Below, piece after piece: positions 55,661 through 64,000 of a DNA stretch of 64,000 nucleotides. Location: positions 50,304,527-50,368,526 of the forward strand of contig NC_092402.1 of assembly GCF_030028105.1 (NCBI RefSeq), written 5' to 3'. A program made the translations under genes and the position numbers. This stretch comes from Mobula birostris. Its lineage: Eukaryota. Below the pieces are notes generated by a model. It was not told the origin of the DNA. It searched no databases and worked only from the letters and a program-made list of their open reading frames with translations. Each line of letters begins with the position of its first letter. Position 1 is the first letter of the stretch.

Positions 55661-58600
55661 AGTCTTGTCCTTTAATCCTCTATTGCTTTATTCTAATCTA
55701 TTCCTTTATTGCTCTGTGCGGCTAAGTACAGCTCCAATGCCATATCTAAGTTTGCTGACACCACCACTGCTGTTGGCCAATCCAAAGGTGGTAACGAATT
55801 AGCATATTGGAGGGCGATTGAAAATCTGTTTACAATAACCTTTCACTTAACATCAGCAAAACCAAGGAGCAGATTATTGAGTACAGGAGGATAAAACCCA
55901 AGGTCCATGAGCCAGTCCTCATGAAGGGATCAGAGGCATTCTCTTATCAGAGGATCTGTCCTGGGACTAGCACGCAAGTGTTATCCCAAACAAGACACAA
56001 TAGCCACTATTTTCTTAGAAATTTGTGCAGATTCAGTATGTCATAGAAGTTTTTCAAACATTTAGATAGATGTACAGTGAAAAGTATCCTGAGTGGTTGC
56101 ATTATGGCCTGCCTTTTATGGAAACACCAATGCCCAGGAATGGAAAAGCCTACAAAAAGTGGTGGGTACAGCCCAGTCCATCACAGCAACCCCCCCCCCC
56201 CCCACCATTGAGCACATCTGCAAATAGTGCAGCCACATGAAAGCAGCGTCCATCAAGGATTCCTACTATCCAGGCCATGCTCTCTTCTCACTACTGTTAT
56301 CAAGGTGAGTTAAGTTAATGTAACGTGCAGTGAGATTATTGGCTGGAATTATAACCATGCTTCTAGAATTAGCATTTATATAATGTACAACTAAACATTT
56401 GTATTTCAGTAATATTTTGGTCAAGTTTGAATGGCAAGTCTGTGTAATTACATAAACGTGATTCTGTGATAAGTGATTTAGTCCATAAAATTTGGGTTCA
56501 GACTGTACAAGACCATTTAATAAAATTGTGGCAGAACATTTACTCACATCCCTTAATATCTCAAAATGCATGTCTGAATCCTGAAACTAGCTAGACTAAC
56601 ACGAATCCTACAAGAGCTGTAATCATGAACAGCTCCAAGCAGCTATTAAAAAGTTGTGCCCTTTGTTTTTTCCCCCCAAAGTCACAGTTTGCTCTTACAA
56701 TAGATAGTTTTAATCTCCAAATACAAATCTCTCTGTAATGCAGAGTTTGAATGCAGTTTTTTTTTGAAGGTGGTGGCCCACAGGCCAATAAGGTTTCACC
56801 CCAGTGATTGCTATGCACTTGCACACTATGTTACATCACAGAATGGTACACCTCACCCAGAATGCTGACAGGAGGCAGACACATCTAAACAGCTGGGTTT
56901 TGCTTTCATGCAGGTATCTGATGCTTAAGATATAAGAACAGCAGAGGAATAATTCATTTAACAAAAGATAGTGCTAAGAAATAAAAAGAATCTTCCGACT
57001 ATAGTGCAAAATGTTGTATTACAAAAATCTCCCATGCAAAGAAATTAAATTTAAAGCACGTGGCAATTGTAGGTCAGTGGATTGCCTCAGAAGATCCTAG
57101 TTGGAAACATCTAGTGCGCTCATTTGGCCCATTGGTGGTAACCTACAAAAACAGCATTTTAGCACATAATGTTATAGTGCATGCAGACGTAGAAGTATAT
57201 ACTGGATTCCGATTAATTGGGCTATTGGTTAATCCGGGCAGCCGCTTATTTGGGACAACTCTTGAAGGACAAGAAATAGCTTCTCATTTATTTGGGACAA
57301 TATGTCGCTTGGAACAGGAGTCTGTTGCCTAACATTTTCTAACTCTTGCCAGTTATGTGCACATTGTGAGGCTAAGAATAAACTACTTCTAAATAGCGTC
57401 AGTTGCACGTGCTCGTGTTCAAACAGCAGTGATTTTCCTCACTGATAATGAACAGCAAGACAATTTGGGACTGTTTTGCTCACTGCAGTTTCAAGCATTC
57501 TAACTTGAAAATGCCAGAAACAACTGAGTGAAAATTAAACGATTTCACTACTTCAACAAGTTAGGAAATATGAAGCATTTTAAGGTTATCAACAACTAAC
57601 TTGAATGCTACCTTTGGTCCCCACTGGACACTCGGCTCTCACCTGTGGCTCCAAGTAGCTGCTTGTATGCGACAGCGGCCACACTATTTTGACAGGTGGG
57701 CTAAACCAGGTGAGGATAGCTAACGGATCTCATACCCCAGTGAGGTAGCAGCATGTCTGTCCTAGCATGCGAAGTCAGCTCTGACAGACTAGGTGGATCA
57801 GTGAGATCCAATGGACAGGAAGGCAGTTCTGCAATGCTACATGGAGAGTGAAGGGCATGACATGGCACAGAAGTCATGGTCATCCATTGCAACCAAGGGA
57901 GACCCCAGTTGTGACGACTACTCGTCCCACTGGACTCAGACTTGAGGTCAAGACAGTGGAACTGCCCCAGTGCAATGGGTTTTCCACTTTGAAAACTCTC
58001 CCGCACAGGTTTCCTGTCATCATTGGATATAACCAACAGCCACCAGTAATACTGGTAATGTTCTAAGCTGTTCTGTATTTTATTTAAATAGATAATATGT
58101 TACTCAGTTAAATAGTAATTTGTCCTTTTTAACTATATCAGTGAAAAGATTTTTAATTAGATGACTTTTCATCAGGACTGGAGAAAAGAGGAAGTTGTCG
58201 AAAGGGATCTCTGATAATTAGTGGTGGTGATGGTGATGTACTATTCATGGAACTGTTTGGAGAATGAGAGGGTGTGAGAGAGATTAAAGGTAACAGGCAA
58301 CTAAAGCAATGAGCAAAAATGCAAATGAATCACCGATTCTCCCAATAGGACTGTCTGGGTCACTGGAAAACAGGAAGTAGCAAGATTAAAGATCAGGTTT
58401 TGCATATCCTGCATTTGCACGAGGAAGTGCGTGAGAAGGGCGGGAGGGGGGGATGGAAAACCAGACAAGGGACTTGATCAAAGTACTTTCCCCAACTGAT
58501 CACATAAGATTAAACAACTGGATCTTTAATTTTATCCTTTCCTATCATCCAAGGATTCAACCTTTTGGTTTCATTCTCCGCCAACTGCTCGGACCTGCAT

Positions 58601-59277
58601 TCATAGATTTTACACATCCCACCAGTGAGTCTAGAAGCAAAAATCACGGCCTCAGAACAGAAGGTCAGCCACTCAAGACTGAGGTGAGAAGCAATTTCTT
58701 TACCCAGATGGTAGTAAATATTTTGAATTCTCTACCCAAGGAGGCTGTTGTCAAGAATATTCAGGACAGATCAATAGATTTTGGGGTATTAAAGGAATTG
58801 AGCAAAATTTAGTTACAACCAGAGGGCAGCACTATTGAAGATGAGCCATGATTGCATTGCACAGCAGGCAGAAGAGGCTGCATGGTCTACTGCTGTTTGT
58901 TTCTTGTACTGTGATGTAAACCTTCACAAATTGCTTACTCTAAGAAGCAAACTTTAATTTACGACTTACAAATGTATCCTGCTGTACAGGAGAACCGACA
59001 AGGGGAAAATGCATTATAGCAGAGTCTCTAACAGCCATTTAATGAATTATTCCTGCTCTGGAAATGGATCACAGTTGTGGCCTAGCTTCTTTGCCAAACA
59101 GCGTCATCTGCATGCAGAGTTTATTGGACCAGACCCACCAGTGGATGTCTTGCTGTCTACAGAAATGATGGTATAAAGATGAAGTCTTACTAGGTGGCTG
59201 TACATACAATTGTGCGCATCTTACATTTTGTCTCAGACGACCAGAGAAATACTTAAAACAGAATACAAAAGCAAATT

Positions 59278-59523
59278 CTCAGGGGTCACTTTATTAGGTG
59301 CACCTGCTCATTAATGCAAATATCTAAACCGCCAATCATGTGGCAGCAACTCAATTGCATAAAAGCATGCAGACATGGTCAAGAGGTTTAGTTGTTGTTC
59401 AGACCAGACATCAGAATGGGGAAGAAATGTGATCCAAGTGACTTTGGCAGTGGAATAATTGTTGGTGCCAGCTAGGGTAGTTTGAGTATCTCAGAAACTG
59501 ATCTCCTGGGATTTTCACACACA
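59278..59523 (+). mobile_element. Tc1-like DNA transposon 5' fragment, interrupted by the CR1
   Basis: TIR-like cactttattaggtgcacc; from ATG 59416: MGKKCDPSDFGSGIIVGAS*GSLSISETDLLGFSHT, resembling a Tc1 transposase N-terminal HTH. Confidence 0.8.
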
Positions 59524-59850
59524 TGATTCGAAGAAGGAGTCTGAGAGTCTGAGTGGGAGTGCCGAGAAAAACATTTTTGAAATTTTCGTTATTTTTTTTT
59601 TCTCCAACGGCGTTCTGAGAGGCGGGACTGCGCAGGCGTGTGACGTCGGGCAGTGCAGCGCAGCAGATTTAAAAGGGCAGACATCCTGCTTCGGGTTTGA
59701 TTCGAAGAAGGAGTCTGAGAGTCTGAGTGGGAGTGCTGAGAAAGACATTTTTGAAATTTTCGTTATTTTTTTTTTCTCCAACGGTGTTCTGAGAGGCGGG
59801 ACTGCGCAGGCATGTGACGTCGGGCAGTGAAGCGCGGAAGATTTAAAAGG
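59524..59850 (+). promoter_or_regulatory. Tandem 174-bp 5' UTR monomers, putative promoter
   Basis: Units start at 59524 and 59698; each has GAGGCGGGA, TGCGCAGGC, TGACGTC and TTTAAAA. Confidence 0.7.
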
Positions 59851-60007
59851 AACAAAGCTTCATAGAGCGGGCAGCGTAGTTTGCGGGCTGCAGAGTGAGC
59901 CGGGAGCAGAGTGAAGGCTTAAGGGCTTCGGCTCAACGGGCTTAGGCGGAAACAGGCAAGGAAGGTTTGGCATTCATTTTCTGTTGTTATTTGAGGAGAG
60001 GGGCAGT

Positions 60008-60943
60008 ATGAGTGTGAGGGCAGTTTGCTGTTGTCGGTGTCGGATGTGGGAGGCCCTGGAGTCTCCAAGCCTCCCGGACGGCTACATCTGCGCCAAGTGC
60101 ATCGAGATGCAGCTCCTAAGGGACCACGTTACGGAACTGGAGCTGCAGCTTGATGACCTTCGTCTGGTCAGGGAGAGTGAGGAGGTGATAGAGAGGAGTT
60201 GCAGGCAGGTGGTCACGCCGGGGCCACGGGAGGCAGACAAGTGGGTCACGGTTAGGAGGGGGAAGGGGAAAGGTCAGGTAATAGGGAGTACCCCGGTGGC
60301 TGTGCCCCTTAACAACAGGTACTCCTCTTTGAGTACTGTTGGGGGAGACAGCTTACCCGGGGGAAGCGACAGTGGCCGTGCCTCCGGCACAGAGTCCGGC
60401 CCTGTAGCTCAGAAGGGTAGGGCAAGGAAGAGGAGGGCAGTTGTGATAGGGGACTCAATAGTAAGGGGGTCAGATAGGCGATTCTGTGGACGCAGTCCAG
60501 AGACCCGGATGGTAGTTTGCCTCCCTGGTGCCAGGGTCCGGGATATTTCTGATCGTGTCCAAGATATCCTGAAGTGGGAGGGTAAGGAGACAGAGGTCGT
60601 GGTACATATAGGTACCAATGACATAGGTAGGAAAAGGGATGAGGTCCTGAAAGGAGAATATAGGGAGCTAGGAAGGGAGTTGAGAAAAAGGACCGCAAAG
60701 GTAGTAATCTCGGGATTACTGCCTGTGCCACGCGACAGTGAGAGTCGGAATGCAATGAGGTGGAGGATAAATGCGTGGCTGAGGGATTGGAGCAGGGGGC
60801 AGGGATTCAAGTTTTTGGATCATTGGGACCTCTTTTGGTGCAGGCGTGACCTGTACAAAAAGGACGGGTTGCACCTGAATCCTAGGGGGACCAATATCCT
60901 GGCGGGGAGATTAGCAGGGGCTACTGAGGTGACTTTAAACTAG
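60008..60943 (+). CDS. CR1 ORF1p: zinc finger, coiled coil and SGNH esterase-like domain
   Basis: CCRC...CAKC, leucine heptads, GDS (VIGDSIVR), GxND (HIGTND), DxxH (DGLHLN); uninterrupted. Confidence 0.93.
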   Translation: MSVRAVCCCRCRMWEALESPSLPDGYICAKCIEMQLLRDHVTELELQLDDLRLVRESEEVIERSCRQVVTPGPREADKWVTVRRGKGKGQVIGSTPVAVPLNNRYSSLSTVGGDSLPGGSDSGRASGTESGPVAQKGRARKRRAVVIGDSIVRGSDRRFCGRSPETRMVVCLPGARVRDISDRVQDILKWEGKETEVVVHIGTNDIGRKRDEVLKGEYRELGRELRKRTAKVVISGLLPVPRDSESRNAMRWRINAWLRDWSRGQGFKFLDHWDLFWCRRDLYKKDGLHLNPRGTNILAGRLAGATEVTLN

Positions 60944-60948
60944 AATGG

Positions 60949-63900
60949 TTGGGGGGTGGGAATCAAATTAAAGAGGCTAGGCGAGAGGAGGTTAGTTCAC
61001 AACAGGGGGATGGGAACCAGTGCAGAGAGACAGAGGGGTGTAAAGTGAGGGTAGAAACAAAAAGTACTATGGAGAAAAGTAAAAGTGGCAGGCCGACAAA
61101 TCCAGGGCAAGCATTAAAGAGGGCCACTTTTCAGCATAATTGTAAAAGGACTAAGAGAGTTGTAAAAGAGCGCTTGAAGGCTTTGTGTGTCAATGCAAGG
61201 AGCATTCGTAATAAGGTGGATGAATTGAAAGTGCAGATTGTTATTAATGATTATGATATAGTTGGGATCACAGAGACATGGCTCCAGGGTGACCAAAGAT
61301 GGGAGCTCAACGTTCAGGGATATTCAATATTCAGGAGGGATAGGCATGAAGGAAGGGGAGGTGGGGTGGCGTTGCTGGTTAAAGAAGAGATTAACGCAAT
61401 AGAAAGGAAGGACATAAGCCGGGAAGATGTGGAATCGATATGGGTAGAGCTGCGTAACACTAAGGGGCAGAAGACGCTGGTGGGAGTTGTGTACAGGCCA
61501 CCTAACAGTAGTAGTGAGGTCGGAGATGGTATTAAACAGGAAATTAGAAATGTGTGCAATAAAGGAACAGCAGTTATAATGGGTGACTTCAATCTACATG
61601 TAGATTGGGTGAACCAAATTGGTAAAGGTGCTGAGGAAGAGGATTTCTTGGAATGTATGCGGGATGGTTTTTTGAACCAACATGTCGAGGAACCAACTAG
61701 AGAGCAGGCTATTCTGGACTGGGTTTTGAGCAATGAGGAAGGGTTAATTAGCAATCTTGTTGTCAGAGGCCCCTTGGGTAAGAGTGACCATAATATGGTG
61801 GAATTCTTCATTAAGATGGAGAGTGACATAGTTAATTCAGAAACAAAGGTTCTGAACTTAAAGAGGGGTAACTTTGAAGGTCTGAGACGTGAATTAGCTA
61901 AGATAGATTGGCAAATGACACTTAAAGGATTGACGGTGGATATGCAGTGGCAAGCATTTAAAGGTTGCATGGATGAACTACAACAATTGTTCATCCCAGT
62001 TTGGCAAAAGAATAAATCAAGGAAGGTAGTGCACCCATGGCTGACAAGAGAAATTAGGGATAGTATCAATTCCAAAGAAGAAGCATACAAATTAGCCAGA
62101 GAAAGTGGCTCACCTGAGGACTGGGAGAAATTCAGAGTTCAGCAGAGGAGGACAAAGGGCTTAATTAGGAAGGGGGAAAAAAGATTATGAGAGAAAACTG
62201 GCAGGAAACATAAAAACGGACTGTAAAAGCTTTTATAGATATGTGAAAAGGAAAAGACTGGTAAAGACAAATGTAGGTCCCCTGCAGACAGAAACAGGTG
62301 AATTGGTTATGGGGAGCAAGGACATGGCAGACCAATTGAATAATTACTTTGGTTCTGTCTTCACTAAGGAGGACATAAATAATCTTCCAGAAATAGTAGG
62401 GGACAGAGGGTCCAGTGAGATGGAGGAACTGAGCGAAATACATGTTAGTAGGGAAGTGGTGTTAGGTAAATTGAAGGGATTGAAGGCAGATAAATCCCCA
62501 GGGCCAGATGGTCTGCATCCCAGGGTGCTTAAGGAAGTAGCCCAAGAAATAGTGGATGCATTAGTGATAATTTTTCAAAACTCGTTAGATTCTGGACTAG
62601 TTCCTGAGGATTGGAGGGTGGCTAATGTAACTCCACTTTTTAAAAAAGGAGGGAGAGAGAAACCGGGGAATTATAGACCGGTTAGCCTAACGTCGGTGGT
62701 GGGGAAACTGCTGGAGTCAGTTATCAAGGATGTGATAACAGCACATTTGGAAAGCGGTGAAATGATCAGACAAAGTCAGCATGGATTTGTGAAAGGAAAA
62801 TCATGTCTGACGAATCTCATAGAATTTTTTGAGGATGTAACTAGTAGAGTGGATAGGGGAGAACCAGTGGATGTGGTATATTTGGATTTTCAGAAGGCTT
62901 TTGACAAGGTCCCACACAGGAGATTAGTGTGCAAGCTTAAAGCACACGGTATTGCGGGTAAGGTATTGGTGTGGGTGGAGAGTTGGTTAGCAGACAGGAA
63001 GCAAAGAGTGGGAATAAACGGGACCTTTTCAGAATGGCAGGCGGTGACTAGTGGGGTACCGCAAGGCTCAGTGCTGGGACCCCAGTTGTTTACAATATAT
63101 ATTAATGACTTGGATGAGGGAATTAAATGCAGCATCTCCAAGTTTGCAGATGACACGAAGCTGGGTGGCAGTGTTAGCTGTGAGGAGGATGCTAAGAGGA
63201 TGCAGGGTGACTTGGATAGGTTGGGTGAGTGGGCAAATTCATGGCAGATGCAATTTAATGTGGATAAATGTGAAGTTGTCCACTTTTTGGTGGCAAAAAT
63301 AGGAAAACAGATTATTATCTGAATGGTGGCCAATTAGGAAAAGGGGAGGTGCAACGAGACCTGGGTGTCATTATACACCAGTCATTGAAAGTGGGCATGC
63401 AGGTACAGCAGGCAGTGAAAAAGGCGAATGGTATGCTGGCATTTATAGCGAGAGGATTCGAGTACAGAGCAGGGAGGTACTACTGCAGTTGTACAAGGCC
63501 TTGGTGAGACCACACCTGGAGTATTGTGTGCAGTTTTGGTCCCCTAATCTGAGGAAAGACATCCTTGCCATAGAGGGAGTACAAAGAAGGTTCACCAGAT
63601 TGATTCCTGGGATGGCAGGACTTTCATATGAAGAAAGACTGGATGAACTGGGCTTGTACTCGTTGGAATTTAGAAGATTGAGGGGGCATCTGATTGAAAC
63701 GTATAAGATCCTAAAGGGATTGGACAGGCTAGATGCAGGAAGATTGTTCCCAATGTTGGGGAAGTCCAGAACGAGGGGCCACAGTTTGAGGATAGAGGGG
63801 AAGCCTTTTAGGACCGAGATTAGGAAAAACTTCTTCACACAGAGAGTGGTGAATCTGTGGAATTCTCTGCCACAGGAAACAGTTGAGGCCAGTTCATTGG

Positions 63901-63983
63901 CTATATTTAAGAGGGAGTTAGATATGGCCCTTGTGGCTACAGGGGTCAGGGGGTATGGAGGGAAGACTGGGGCGGGGTTCTGA
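60949..63983 (+). pseudogene. CR1 ORF2p (APE endonuclease plus reverse transcriptase) with three frameshifts
   Basis: NARSIRNK, GITETW, GDFN, SDHN; YLDFQKAFDKVPH, GVPQGSVLGP, FADD; frame breaks near 62175, 63285 and 63468. Confidence 0.92.
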
Positions 63984-64000
63984 GTTGGATGATCAGCCAT

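Larger units (their letters stand above)
59524..64000 (+). mobile_element. Nearly full-length CR1 LINE (5' UTR, ORF1, ORF2; 3' tail runs past the window end)
   Basis: CpG-rich tandem 5' UTR, intact ORF1, ORF2 with APE and RT domains. Confidence 0.96.

Noticed and set aside
61314-64000. Long minus-strand ORFs (61314-62090, 62890-63333, 63443-64000)
   Set aside because: Antisense shadows of CR1 ORF2 with no recognisable protein motifs.

Overview
Vertebrate genomic DNA, most likely a cartilaginous fish (ray-like; inferred from the repeat repertoire). The window lies inside one large minus-strand gene. Sixteen GT-AG exons (50410 down to 6214; 1486 nt, about 495 codons, phase-consistent) encode the coiled-coil, DNA-binding, linker and N-terminal SH2 parts of a STAT protein, best assigned as STAT2. 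The first and last exons were not found and probably lie outside the window. The introns are packed with transposons: CR1 LINEs (one nearly full length at 59524-64000), Rex/Babar LINEs, Neptune-type Penelope-like elements (PLEs), tRNA-SINEs, solo LTRs, a hAT MITE and a Tc1 fragment. Most notable: (1) a decayed class III (ERV-L/ERV-S-like) provirus at 24578-28380 with LTR-PBS(Ser)-gag-[unknown second frame]-PPT-LTR, a 5-bp TSD, no recognisable pol, and a related solo LTR; (2) minimal hammerhead ribozymes in PLE termini, including head-to-head palindromic mini-elements; (3) a candidate HDV-like ribozyme at the 5' end of an RTE-like non-autonomous element; (4) a tandem-monomer promoter at the 5' end of the CR1. 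All family assignments are from remembered motifs, not database searches.
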